Assembly: GCA_964035545.1 (NCBI GenBank)
Contig: OZ037765.1
Span: forward strand, 868,001 to 932,000
Source: Bugula neritina
Lineage: Eukaryota > Animalia > Bryozoa
Direction of reading: 5' to 3'
DNA: 64,000 nt
The notes beneath the pieces were generated by a model. The model ran no database searches. It worked only from the letters and a program-made list of their open reading frames with translations, and was not told the DNA's origin. The stretch's first letter is position 1, and each line of letters opens with the position of its first letter. Positions 26,501 through 39,636 of this stretch are shown here, piece after piece. Position numbers and translations under genes: made by a program.

Positions 26501-29500
26501 AAGTTCCCTAACCTTAGAAAGTTTTGCCTTTGTTTCCTTCCCTCCCTCCACCCCTTGCAGATGCCACAAGTTTCAGCTCCTCTGTTTCAAGGCGTATTCT
26601 GCTCTCATTGCTATGTGTATTTCCAGTACTCTCAAAGTGTATGCAGACTGTGTGACAAACGCACTTCACTGCAGTCTATCATAAGTTTTTTCAGAGTTGT
26701 CTTCTTCTGCAGAGACAATTAATCAACAGATACAATATTGTTATCCTAATAGAAGTGTAGCTGATAAATCAGAAAAGTACTGAAAAATTACTTTGCACAA
26801 TGATTGTCTAAAATGGTTACACTTACTCTATACTTACTCTATACTTACTCTATATTTACACTATATACTCTGTACTTACACTATGTACTCTATACTTACA
26901 CTTACTCTGTATTTACTCTATATCTACGCTGCACTTACTCTACATTTACTTTATACTTACACTATGTACTCTATACTTACACTATATACTCTATTCTTAC
27001 ACTATGTACTCTATACTTACACTGTATACTCTATACTTACTCTATACTTACCCTATATACACTATACTCACAGATTCTGTTTCTGGACGAGCCGACAGCC
27101 GGAATGGACCCGTACTCCCGCAGACATCTTTGGAATCTGCTGAAGAAGAGTCGCGAGGGTCGAGTCATTCTCCTCACAACTCACTTCATGGACGAAGCCG
27201 ACATCCTGGCAGGTAAATTCTCCTCCCCTCATGTAAGTACATGAGGAGGTAAAGTGTAGGTAATGTTGCCGGTTGTTTCCTCTACCCTTATTTACTTTGT
27301 GTTATCTCTTCAGACTAGAGTTTTACCAAACACTTTTATTGTGTAGAAACTTCTTTTTACCCTCATAATTTCAGCAAAAGTGAGAATAAAGAGACTGTAG
27401 ACATCAGTTTTTCCTCTATGACTCACATGTAGCATATATTCAACTATTCAGGGAGACAAACTAGTCTAAACATGTCTTGTTAGATCTCACTAAACGAGCT
27501 CTTAGCATACGTCTGCTCTTCTTTGCCATGCAGGGTCTCCCAATGTCAAGTAGATTTGGTTTACCCCAACCATTTTAAGGACACGAAAAGACCCTGAAAT
27601 AGGACTTCCTTTTTGTCTAACACACAGCTTCTTGCTACTCTTTTTTTTTACTCTCATAATATTTTATTTTTCTAACCTTTGACCTGTATAACCTTTGACC
27701 TGTAGACCGCAAGGCCGTGATATCTAAAGGCAAGTTGCAGTGCGCCGGCTCCTCCCTCTACCTCAAGAACAAGTACGGCGTCGGCTACCAGTTGACGTGA
27801 GTCTCCTCTTACGCCCCTCCTTCTAGAGTGTATACAGTGTAGAGACCTAAGTCTATATGATACAAGCTTTTCTATTGGCTGACCAATCAAAATATTCCTT
27901 GCAGAATACTGGTTGATGATTTGACAGTACAAGACTCCTTGACACAGCTGGTTGCTCAGGTTGTTGAAGGCGGCGCACACAAAAGGACGTTCGGTAAAGA
28001 AATCACATACAACCTGCCCATAGAACGTTCTGGAGACTTTGCTGGTGAGTTTCCACTCTGCAGACGACATCTATTGACCAGCTGATACGACCAAATACTG
28101 CTGCTGGTTTCACCTACTTGTTTCAGTATGTTGTGTGTATTGGTAGATCTGTTCAAACAGTTGGATGCTAAGAGATCAGAGCTGACTGTTTCAAGCTATT
28201 CTATCGCCATGACAACACTGGAAGAGGTGTTTCTCAAACTGGGTGAGATTACAATATGTGAATTCATCTTTTTACACTTGATTAGTTGCCATATTCAGAC
28301 CACCTCAGGTGGCCACAAGGCTCCCCTGCTGGCTTGAAGGTCATCCACGTTTGTTATAAGGTCATGCATATTGACCACCCATGTTGATCATAAGACCACC
28401 CTAGTTGATAGGTTTTTTATTGCGTTCTGTTTTCGTAAACCTGAGCGTATCATATGTGGGTGAACTTGCAGGCAATGGTTTACCTTGCTTGTTATCACAG
28501 AGAAATGGCTGGTATACTTTATAAAATATCTCAAGCAAGTTTATAGTCATTATCATTTTTGTTGAATCGGGCTAAGAACTTATTCAGATGAGGCACAGGT
28601 GCAACTATGACTGGGTGCTCTTCCTAACATCACCAATAGTGTTTACTGGCCTCGTGTTTACCAGGCCAACTCTCTAACCACTAGACCACAGCTGTTCCCT
28701 GACTTATATACTTCATATATTATTACTCTGATTACTCTCAACTCTCTGCTACTTCAGGTGAACAGGCAGAAGAAGAAGAAAGGAAGGAAAAAGAGGGAAA
28801 GACATCTCGGGTATCTCCGGAGGAATCACAGGAAGTTATGATCAACATGGTCGGCGAGCAAGGTAACTCAAAGTCCGCATGTTGTTCATGTCAAGGTCAC
28901 TGCTACAAAAGATATCAACTGAAGCAGCGGGTAGCAAGATAGGGTGGCAAATGCTAAAACAACTAAATTATTATTATATAAAAATCATAAATACATATAC
29001 ATTATGTTGTATTATTCTATTAAAAAAAAAATTATTTTTCTATTTCCTTGTAACAGGTTGTATGTCTATTGGTAAGTGAATTTCCCGTGTGTTTAATCAG
29101 TAACTACAAGCCTATTATGCTTTATATGTACCTCTGGCATCTCCACAGTAACACTGCTTTAGGTTTCTGACTTATCCTAGTTGTACTATCTGTTCGGGTG
29201 TGTGGGGATATGTGTTGGTAGCTGAATAAACTGCTGCAACTTCTGTTTATAATATATCATGGTGGTAGTTGTGTGCTCGTGCATAGTTTAGTTCCTCAAG
29301 GTGGTGTTACAGACGAGATTCTGGTAAACCCGAATGACGTGGTGAGAGAGGAGAATGTGAACACGGCTAGACTCAGATTCTCTAACATGCTGCTACTCAG
29401 ACTGAGAATGATTCCGAGGGAGGGATTCATCATAGTCGCCCTCGTTTTCTACGCCATATTCACCGCTGTCGGCGTTGTGCTGCTCGCCGTAAGTTCTCAC

Positions 29501-32500
29501 TTCCTGTTGATCTGTCTCTGGGTTTACTTACTCGAAGCATCCTCTACACAACAAACATATTCTGGATAAAAGCAAAAATTTAAGATTTTAAGTTTTTGAG
29601 AATTTCACAAATTCTGCTATTATGTCTCCGAGCTGCAAACACATGATATTAAAAGTATGTAAAATTTTTAAATTCTGGCTTTAGATCTTAGCTGAATCTA
29701 GGTTTGCTTACTGGGTAGACAGTTGCCCTCTCATACTGCCAGTTCTTCTGGTCCTTAGCCTAAGCTGCTGTGTTGTAGGTATCCGGCAGTGGGCTCACAA
29801 CTCCCAGTACACCCGAGAAGAGAATACTCGGTTTGGTAGACTCGCTCTCCGACCCGAATGTGAAAGGCGGAAATTACGCAGCCAATCGTGTTCTCTACCA
29901 CAACTTGACCAATGGTATTCCTACTTCTATTGTAATTGTCCTCTCTGTTTGGTAACAGCGTAGTTGGCTGTAAAGATATTTGCTAATCAAGAGTTGTCTT
30001 CTACATGTATACATGTGTTATCTTCTCCTGTTGCTCTCTCATTACTAAATGTGCCAAATTGTAAAGAAAAGGTTAACAAATATTATTCTCTAGAAAATAC
30101 AAATTAGGGCTTTCAGATTTATAGAGAGAAATTGAAAAAATTTCATAGGAAATTAAATGGGGAGATAACTCCAATATTATGTGTTCTCTCTCATACACTG
30201 TGTTCTACACAGGTGATATCGACGCTCTCCTCACGCCCCTGTCTACTCAGCTTCAACCTCTAACACTCCACAGCTACGATGGTGACTACACAACAAAGAT
30301 GGCCGCCTCCCCTTTTGGATACGACGTTAACGAGTTTGCAGACGTGAGTTTATAAGCCGGGGGTTCTTTAGAAATACTATCGGGAGATTTCTGCCTCACC
30401 GAATGTGTATTAAACGTTTAGGTTTTGCTTACAAAGCTGTTAGTTGGTCCATTCTATGAAATCATGTGGGGATAAATACTGAAATGTTACTGTCACACTT
30501 GAGTTTGAGATAGAGGTTTGTATCTTCTAAGAAGGCGAATATAAAGCATGCATTGTAATTAGTTAATAAAATATTGATTAAATTGTACAGGAGGCAGTTT
30601 TCATTTTGAAGATAAAGTATTACATATGCTTGCTGCTATTATACATAAAGTTTAATTCTAATAGCTTTTGCCATTATACTTATTCAGTGCGCAATATTTA
30701 TTGTATTTACATGCTTTTACTGTAGCTCAAACTTTTACTCCAAGTTTGTCCCGTAATCCTCCCCTTCTGTCTCTCTTAGGTTCTCAGTCCAAGCAACATG
30801 ACAGTTCGGTATAACCACACCTACTTCCTGTCCCTGCCGCTGGCCATCAACATCCTCAGCTCAACACTGCTGCAGATTGCTACTAATAATTCTGCGGTAA
30901 GTTTGTTGTTATCATCTGCCGGCGTTTTGTTTCTTGATTGAAATGGAAGATTCCAGATTCACAAAACTTATATTTGGCATTGAGATAATTGTCAGGAAAT
31001 AAGCTTCAAAATGCGTCTTATTCGAAAGTATGTCTCATTCTAGGGTAAGAGTGTAACTGTATATATTGTTTAGTATAGTACTGTAATATAACTGCATGTA
31101 TTACTATATTACTATTACTATATTACTGTATTACTATATTACTGTAATATAACTGTATATATCACACAGTCTTCAATACACACTGCACTCACCGAGTGGC
31201 CCAGCTATGACCCCATCACCTACACCTTCAACTCCGGATCTTTCGCCGGCCTCTCTTTCGTCATGGCTCTTCACATTGGCTCAGCTATGTTTGCCGTCAC
31301 TATAGTTGCCGTAAGTTGCTTTGCATTCCGTGACGTTGACCAAAGAAACTATCCTAACTCAAGATTTAGATAGTTTCACATGTTCTTTTTAATCACCAAG
31401 TTCTGTTTGTGCTGTTGATTATTTCATTTATATTTCTTTTTAGATGATTCAATCACTGTCTATTTACACCCTTGGGCAATATAAAGTTGGTGTTTCATTT
31501 AAGAGTTATCTGTTTATTGAAGGAAAAAGAGAAGAAGCTCCGCCCTCTGCTCAGGACTGCGGGTGTGACTGTGAACACATATTTTGGTGTAATGATGGCT
31601 CTGTGTATGATACTTCTGACACCAATACTAGTAGCATCCTGGGTGGCCATACTTGCCTGCCAGGTCAGCCAATCACCTCGCATTGTATTCTCAAACCATG
31701 TGGAAATATTTTAATTGAATGTATTTTATAGGAGTGCGTAATTAATCAGCTACTGGGCGTTTTATGGCGTATGAATACATGATACGTCTGTTTAGCACTG
31801 TATGGCGTATGAATACATGATACATCTGCTAAGCTCTGTATGGCATATGAATACATGATACGCTTGCTTAGCTCTGTATGGCGTATGAATACATGATACG
31901 TCTGCTTAGCACTGTATGGCGTATGAATACATGATAAATCACCGTGTGTTTAGCTGCCAGCATACAGTGTGCCAGGAGCTGCCGTCTTCCTGCTGATTCA
32001 CCTCATCATACAGCTCGTCCTCACCATTCTCCTCGTCTTCTGCTGGAGTTACGCCTTCGACAGGGCGCAGTCTGCCGGTAACATAGTCAGCATCAACATG
32101 TGGGTGAGTGAATCACTCTCGTAGTCCCTGAGGCATCATTTAAATGTAACGGGAGATTTGCTGTATGCTTGTCTTGAAGATTTTTGTGTTTTATGAAATT
32201 TTATTTTATTTAAATCCTTATATTCATATAATTTTAGAGTTATCATCCCCAAGATGTTTAGAATTTTGCCCTATACTGCATTTTTACTTTAAAATTGAAA
32301 AATCTCTGCAGATACTTCATAAATTTAAAAAGAAATGAGTCGGAAATGTTGAGTCTTTAATTTCACAGCCTAACTGTATGAATATATCTTCTGCTTTCAA
32401 GACGATTCCCCAAGGCCTGTGGCTTAGTTAGTTAGTAAATTGCTCTAGAATGTTTATATGATTTCAGGCGTCAATGATAATCTTCTCTCCAATGTCTGTG

Positions 32501-33468
32501 CTGGTGAACATACCTCAGACAGTAAAGATCGCCAAGATAGTACATCACATTCTGTGTTTTGTCATTCCCGTCTACTCGTTTCCCGGTGGTCTGCTGATGA
32601 TAGAGCAGACGTACAGGTGAGACTCTTCTCTGTTGACACCAGGAAAAGCAGCACCTGTTCCACTTGTCACATGTACTCACTGTGATGTCATCTGTAGCGC
32701 CTGTTCCATGTGTCAATGTACTCACTGTGATGTCATCTGTAGCACCTGTTCCATGTGTCAATGTACTCACAGTGATGTCATCTGGAGCACCTGTTCCACG
32801 TGTCGATGTACTCACTGTGATGAAATTTCATCTGCTTTTAGCTGAAATAATTTGTTTATTCTGTTTTCAGATCATATATAGTATCTCAAGGAGACGCGGA
32901 TGCCATACCCCCGTCTGAAGTCTATTTCTACCCAGAGAACGGACTAATTTCTGCATTACTTGGGGTATCTGTAATATAACTATACCTACAGTATATCTAC
33001 AGTATAACTATATCTACAGTATATCTGTTCTACAGTATAACTATATATACAGTATAAATATTCTACAGTATATTTACAGTATAACTATATATACAGTATA
33101 ACTATATCTACAGTATAAATATTCTACAGTATAACTATATTTACAATACAACTATATTGTCTTACATTCACAGGGTCTCCTCTGGGTTGGTATCCTAACC
33201 GTGTTCCTAAGGTTAGGGGAGGTGAAGCAGAATGGGGGTCGCCTATCCGACCTGTGCAAATGCTTCTCCAACTCTCTCAGTCTATACGATCCTCGGGCTA
33301 AGAACTCGGACATTCCCCAGGAAGAGGATGTGGACGTGACGAAAGAGAGAACTGTGGTGAACGACATGCTGAACGGTGCTTCCGCTCTCCCTCAGGTGTG
33401 TCTCTATGACATCATATAGTCTCAGGTGTAGAAAAATGCAATCTGTATCACTCTTCTCTGTCATTAGT

Positions 33469-33508
<40 letters not shown>

Positions 33509-36500
33509 TTGTCAACACCTCATTTTGTACTTCATCTTTTCATACACAAGTATTTCGTATGGATTTAAGGTTCTGTCTTCTTTCTGAGTTTCAGAATTAT
33601 TCTAAATTGTAAAATTTCATCATAGAGTTCTACGTATAAACTGAGGCTAATATACATAACCTGGGGCTAGTATACATAACCTGGGGCTAGTATACATAAC
33701 TTGAGGCTAGTATACATAATCTGAGGCTAGTATACATAACCTGAGGCTAGTATACATAACCTGAGGCTAGTATACATAACCTGGGGCTAGTATGCATAAC
33801 CTGAGGTTAGTATACATAACCTGATGCTAGTATACATAACCTGAGGCTAGTATACAGAGCCTGGGGCTAGTATATATAACCTGAGGCTAGTATACATAAC
33901 CTGAGGCTAGTATACATAACCTGATGCTAGTATACATAACCTGAGGCTAGTATACAGAGCCTGGGGCTAGTATACATAACCTGAGGCTAGTATACATAAC
34001 CTGAGGCTAGTATACATAACTTGAGGCTAGTATACATAACCTGAGGCTAGTATACATAACTTGAGGCTAGTATACATAACCTGAGGCTAATATACAGAGC
34101 CTGGGGCTAGTATACATAACCTGAGGCTAGTATACATAACCTGAGGCTAGTATACATAACCTGAGGCTAGTATACATAACCTGAGGCTAGTATACATAAC
34201 CTGAGGCTAGTAAATCAAGAGTTAAGTCACAGAATTATCTCTCTTATGGTAAACTCAACACCTCAATGACTCACAGGATGTGGTGATGGTCGGAAAGAGT
34301 CTACGGAAGTCTTTCCCTCGCAAGGGTCGTCCCGAGAAGTTAGCCGTGCGCAACGTCACGTTTCACGTCGGAGAAGGGGAGGTGTTCGGCTTACTTGGAC
34401 CTAATGGCGCTGGCAAGTCAACGCTGTTAAACATGGTGATTGCTGAGCACGCTCCCAGCGCAGGAAAGGTGGGTTCTGATGTCTGCAAGTGGTGGTGTTT
34501 ACACATTGATACTATGTGGAATAAATTACTTAACTGGACTCGCTTTACCTCTCCTTTATTCGCTCTTTCCGATTGGCTAATACTCAGTTTTGCAAAAATT
34601 TAACTTCCTTTAAAAGGAACTGTCATGGTTTAAGTATGCAGAGTAATGATGAATGTGCTAGCATTTTATTTGTCTCCTAGTGTAGTTATTCATGCGTATC
34701 CTCAACATACACACTCAGATATCGTATCCATATCACTTCCTCACTTTAAACAGATGATGCTATTCTACTGCTACTACCTTATTTTTTGTTTAAGTTGCCT
34801 GAGTTGTTTGCAGGTGATTGTGGACAATGTGGAGGTGCACTCCGCCCTCTCCGAGGCCTTTGAGATCATAGGCTACTGTCCGCAGACAGACGCCGTCTGG
34901 CCAGCCGTCACGGCTAAGGAGCTTCTGGTCTTCTACGGCATCTCCTCGGGGTTCACCAAGTCTCAGGCTCAAGATGTGGCTGAGTAGTAAGTTACAGTAA
35001 CACACCTACACGGTGTAGATACAGTGACACATCTACACGGTGTAGTTACAGTAACACACCTACACAGTGTAGATACAGTAACACACCTACACAGCGTAGA
35101 TACAGTAACACACCTACACAGCGTAGATACAGTAACACACCTACACAGTGTAGATACAGTAACACACCTACACGGTGTAGATACAGTGACACACCTACAC
35201 AGCGTAGATACAGTAACACACCTACACAGTGTAGATACAGTAACACACCTACACAGCGTAGATACAGTAACACACCTAGACGGTGTAGATACAGTAGTCA
35301 GTTAAAACATTTCTGTGTGCTTGTAGTTACATCAAAATGCTGCAGATTGAAGAACATAAGAACAAGTTTGCTAAAAACCTTTCTGGAGGAACTTTACGTA
35401 AGGTGAGTGCAGCCGATCAGCTTCAGCGTATTACTTTTAACCAATCAGCTCTGTGGTATTGCTACACTTCAGATAAAATCAAACAAGCTGCTTACATACA
35501 ACTGCTGCTAGGTTTACGTCAATCAGAGTTTTCAGCTGAAACCTGCGGCATTAAAGTAGTGGGCGGTGCACAATTAGTCTTTTTATCATTAAATAACTTG
35601 AGATCAGTGATCTTAACTAACTGATATTTAATAGAAAATGTAGACTTTCTATTTTCTTTCTTAAAAGATACATTTGACCCGACATCATGTGCCTGTGGGA
35701 ATATTATTCAAAAGAGATAAGCATAAATTTTAAAGTGCTAAGGCTAAGAAGCCTCTAATGAGAGTTGATATGAGAATATATTTAATATAACTATTAACTA
35801 CATATACAAATTTCTTAGTTTCGTACAACCCCTCACTGCTTTTGTAGCTGAGACTTCTCTCTGTTGCAGGTCAGTTTTGCTTTGGCCCTGATGGGCTGGC
35901 CCAGGCTGGTCCTACTAGATGAGCCCTCCACGGGCCTGGACCCCTCCTCTAAGAGGTTCTTGTGGGACACCATCAGGGCTTCGTTCAACGGCCACCAGCG
36001 TTCAGCCATCCTCACCACCCACTACATGGAGGAAGCTGACGCCCTGTGTAACAGGATCGGCATCATGGTCAACGGGGCTTTAGAGTACGTGGAACTCAGT
36101 CTATGTATCCCCCTTAGAGCTCAGTCTATGTATCCTCCTTAGAGCTCAGTCTATGTATCCTCCTTAGAGCTCAGTCTATGTATCCTCCTTAGAGCTCAGT
36201 CTATGTATCCTCCTTAGAGCTCAGTCTATGTATCCTCCTTAGAGCTCAGTCTATGTATCCTCCTTAGAGCTCAGTCTATGTATCCTCCTTAGAGCTCAGT
36301 CTATGTATCCTCCTTAGAGCTCAGTCTATGTATCCTCCTTAGAGCTCAGTCTATGTATCCTCCTTAGAGCTCAGTCTATGTATCCTCCTTAGAGCTCAGT
36401 CTATGTATCCTCCTTAGAGCTCAGTCTATGTATCCTCCTTAGAGCTCAGTCTATGTATCCTCCTTAGAGCTCAGTCTATGTATCCTCCTTAGAGCTCAGT

Positions 36501-38089
36501 CTATGTATCCTCCTTAGAGCTCAGTCTATGTATCCTCCTTAGAGCTCAGTCTATGTATCCTCCTTAGAGCTCAGTCTATGTATCCTCCTTAGAGCTCAGT
36601 CTATGTATCCTCCTTAGAGCTCAGTCTATGTATCCTCCTTAGAGCTCAGTCTATGTATCCTCCTTAGAGCTCAGTCTATGTATCCTCCTTAGAGCTCAGT
36701 CTATGTGTCCTCCTTAGAGCTCAGTCTATGTATCCTCCTTGTCATTTGGCGTCCTGTGATATCATCAGAGTGGGTTGAGGAAGTCCAAGATGGCTGAAAT
36801 GACACCACAAAACTTCTGGTGTAACTGTGTGGTTGAGTTTGAAATGTATTCACGTGTAGATGCAGCAAGCAGGTGAACTAACTGTGTCAGTATGTGTCAG
36901 TGTGGTGTCAGTGTGATGTAATTATGTGTCAGTGTGATGTCAGTATAGTGTCAGTGTAGTGTTGGTATGTGTCCAGCTTCATAACTATGGAGCCGTAATT
37001 AATAAGTGTTAATCAGTCATGAAAATGTGGCTTCACAATATATATACCTACATGCACGTTTGTGAGGTGAGCTGCTTTGGTTGTTTATGAAGTAAACAGG
37101 TGCTGCCGTATGCAGCTACGCTGACTCAAGTTTCATATTCACAGATGCCTGGGAACTGCTCAGCATCTGAAGAACAAGTACGGGGACGGTTACCAACTGG
37201 AGATCAAACTGACGGACTCGGGAGACCCCCAGCAGGCTATGAGTCGTCTGAAGGAGTTTATAGAGAGAGAGTACCGCGACTGTTCGGTTATAGAAGAGTT
37301 CTCTGACAGGATACAGTATGCCATGCCTATAGACAGCGTCAGCTCTCCTTCTCAAGTGTTCGGACCTCTGGAGCAGCGTGAGTCACTACTAGTATCAGTA
37401 CTCTACTATACTCTACTAGTACCCTACTCTGCTAGTACTCTACTCTACTAGTACTCTACTCTACTAGTACTCTACTCTACTAGTACTCTACTCTACTAGT
37501 ACTCTACTCTACTATACTCTGCTAGTACTCTACTCTACCATACTCTGCTAGTACTAGTACTCTACTAGTATCAGTACTCTACTCTACTCTACTCTACTCT
37601 ACTCTAGTATTAACTCTCTTTTTGTAGATAAACAATCTCTGCAGATAGAAGAATACAGTTTTTCTCAGTCTACACTTGAGCAGGTGAGTGTACATCATCA
37701 ACAGTTACATCATCAACAGTTACATCATCAACAGTTATCTTATCAACAGTTATACTATCAACAGTTATATTATCAACAGTTACATTATCAACAGTTACAT
37801 CACCTACAGTTACATTATCAACAGTTATACTATCAACAGTTATACTATCAACAGTTATACTATCAACAGTTACATCATCAACAGTTATACTATCAACAGT
37901 TATATCAACAGTTACATCACACTCCATGTATATATTCCTTGTCAGGTGTTCATACAGTTTGCTAAGCAGCAGATAGAAGCAGACGAAGATGAGGACAATG
38001 TCCAGAAGGCGAGGAGTCACATGAGGGTACTACTTAGACAGAAATCCTCATCTGGGGTAGCCAACACTGCCTACAATACGGAGCTTTAG
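18162..38089 (+). CDS. ABC transporter subfamily A, full transporter (TMD-NBD-TMD-NBD)
   Basis: N-terminus [25 protein letters not shown] (ABCA-type). NBD1: [44 protein letters not shown]2: [43 protein letters not shown]-terminal [12 protein letters not shown]. Exons include 18162-18257, 18843-19019, 19559-19754, 20269-20360, 20668-20894, 21162-21525, 21734-21881, 23060-23228, 23805-23879, 25149-25282, 25662-25814, 26223-26342, 27074-27212, 27706-27796, 27905-28044, 28147-28242, 28758-28862, then about 12 TMD2-region exons, 34277-34468, 34814-34986, 35327-35402, 35870-36085, 37145-37378, 37629-37683, 37946-38089. Confidence 0.95.
20925..21130. repeat. Mixed (AGT)n/(ACT)n trinucleotide tract
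   Basis: Fills most of ABCA intron 20895-21161. Confidence 0.9.
21538..21725. repeat. 21-bp minisatellite GTGCTAAATATAGTAACAGAT
   Basis: About 9 copies filling intron 21526-21733. Confidence 0.92.
21872..22897 (+). repeat. 31-bp minisatellite containing exon tail plus GTATGT donor
   Basis: Unit ATTCTACCCA|GTATGTTACCTCTTCTATTCT, over 30 copies, length varying by (ATTCT) steps. Confidence 0.95.
23245..23773. repeat. 13/15-bp minisatellite ACTGTCACACTAT(AC)
   Basis: Fills intron 23229-23804. Confidence 0.93.
23890..24739. repeat. 19-bp minisatellite CACTCAGTAGTAGATCACT
   Basis: Starts about 10 nt after the donor at 23880. Confidence 0.95.
25487..25661 (+). repeat. 35-bp x5 repeat containing branch-point-like CTAAT plus acceptor CTAG
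   Basis: CACTAATAGAATGTGCTGTGGATTACATCTGCTAG; the last copy ends at the real acceptor. Confidence 0.92.
25850..26222 (+). repeat. 21-bp minisatellite CCTATATTACTCTACACACAG ending at the acceptor
   Basis: About 17 copies, each ending in CAG. Confidence 0.93.
26335..26497 (+). repeat. 23-bp x7 repeat containing exon tail plus GTAAGT/GTGAGT donor
   Basis: ACCCTAAA|GTAAGTCATACTCTT. Confidence 0.93.
26817..27073. repeat. Degenerate TACTCTATACTTACAC-type minisatellite ending at the acceptor
   Basis: Direct reading. Confidence 0.85.
28600..28693 (-). mobile_element. Possible SINE remnant
   Basis: Box-A-like TGGTCTAGTGGTTAGAG on the minus strand; no clear box B. Confidence 0.3.
31763..31953 (+). 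repeat. 38-bp x5 repeat carrying an acceptor-like TTAG|C
   Basis: TATGGCGTATGAATACATGATACGTCTGCTTAGCACTG; ends at the real acceptor TTTAG|CTG. Confidence 0.88.
32650..32822. repeat. 45-bp x~4 intronic repeat
   Basis: GCACCTGTTCCATGTGTCAATGTACTCACTGTGATGTCATCTGTA. Confidence 0.9.
32965..33150. repeat. Degenerate CTACAGTATAACTATAT minisatellite filling an intron
   Basis: Direct reading. Confidence 0.82.
33641..34211. repeat. 20-bp minisatellite CTGAGGCTAGTATACATAAC
   Basis: About 28 copies. Confidence 0.95.
34990..35297. repeat. 27-bp minisatellite ACAGTAACACACCTACACAGTGTAGAT
   Basis: About 11 copies starting within the donor motif at 34987. Confidence 0.93.
36095..36740. repeat. Near-perfect 25-bp minisatellite CTCAGTCTATGTATCCTCCTTAGAG
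   Basis: About 26 copies; shares TTAGAG with the exon end/donor at 36080-36086. Confidence 0.96.
37385..37612. repeat. CTAGTACTCTACTCTA-type minisatellite filling an intron
   Basis: Direct reading. Confidence 0.88.
37691..37920. repeat. 15-bp minisatellite ATCAACAGTTATACT
   Basis: Fills the last ABCA intron, 37684-37945. Confidence 0.92.
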
Positions 38090-38095
38090 TCACCT

Positions 38096-38158
38096 GCCCC
38101 TTGTCCTTCGCCCCTTGTCCTTCGCCCCTTGTCCTTCGCCCCTTGTCCTTCGCCCCTC
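38096..38158. repeat. 14-bp repeat GCCCCTTGTCCTTC immediately after the ABCA stop codon
   Basis: About 4.5 copies. Confidence 0.9.
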
Positions 38159-39636
38159 GTGATATTTCTATACAGTTGTGCTCAAACTAAAATTTCTCTT
38201 TATATTTTCCAATTCATATATTTTATTTCAGATTAATTATTTCAGTTAGTTTTCACTTAGTTCTAGCTAGAGTTTAGTTCTTAAATCAATTGTTTGAATA
38301 TTGTTATTCCTTCATATGCTGATGGCGTTGCTACAGAGTACTTCTAGTCGCTAGGTTTATTACCTGGTAGACACAGCAGTATAACACTTCAATGTTATTA
38401 GTCAGAATATATCTCAGAGTTTTCTCATAATCGGGTTGACAACTCCATAGGAAATGTACTGAGGGAACATTATATGTACATTAGTTCAGCTTAGCACTGA
38501 CTTTACTAAAGACTGTTTCAAAAATCATACACTTACAGAGGAAATTCGCTCTATCAATAGTTCTCGTAGAAATGAATTATCTTTTTCGTTGCTATGGCAA
38601 CGGGCTGACTTTTTGGCAAGCATTGTTTCCAAGTCTTCAGTTGAACTACTTGATTAAAATTTCTATTTAATTTTTCATAGTATCGTAGTTATATAAAATG
38701 GTAATACAATGATGGTACATGAAAATTAAACATTTTATGTAGTATTGCAAGCACCAATATTACTTTTTGTTAAATGTTGTGTTGTTTTACTTATATGTGA
38801 TAATTTGTTTATGTATTAAACTTTGTAATGAAGCCAAAATTTACTTGCTCTTTTAAAATATAATATTTTATATTTTGATTCCTTTTATGCAATTACACAT
38901 TTCCTTCTGCTATTCTATGTCTATATTTCTTTTCATGTTCTACCTATTTGTGATATGTCATGAACAATAATAAAATATTGTAAAGCATTGCATTCGCTTT
39001 AAAAACTTGTCATTATTTCAAATTGATGTGAAAAAATTAACATAATATTTCCTGAAACATGATCATAAATCTTTTAAGTATGCAAAGCTAGCATGTCTAT
39101 TCATGTAGCTTTTATTATTAACTATTAAACATTATGTGTTGCATTTTATAACTGCAAATAACTTTTCTGATAGTCACGCTTTATTCTTGTATTAAGTATG
39201 TTACATTCCACTCTAACTATTTATTAATTATTCGAACTACTTTTATATTCCTCGTACCCTTCAACATGTACAGCCTCTGTGGTTTAGAGCACAAGCCATA
39301 ATACACATGTCAATAAAGAGTATCTTTAACAACTAACCCATTACGTACTGCCCAACACTCACAGACATGAACAGTTCTACTACCTAACAAACCTTTTTGA
39401 AGTTTTACTAGAAACTACTAACAACAATCAATACGTTCAGTGAAGAATAATTTATTCAATGTCATATTGACAAAGCTTAGCTAAGCAAGAGCATTATTTG
39501 AAATTTCAATAGATCCGCTAGACAAAGCTAGTTCAATGATCTATTCACTATTCACTTCACACAAAGGTATTTGTACAGAGCTCAACCTTTTCGGGTATGG
39601 ATAAAGCTGGTAGCTGTATAATCTAGTCGTTGAGCC

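Noticed and set aside
33641-36740. CRISPR-like arrays
   Set aside because: Head-to-tail repeats with no unique spacers, eukaryotic context, no cas genes.
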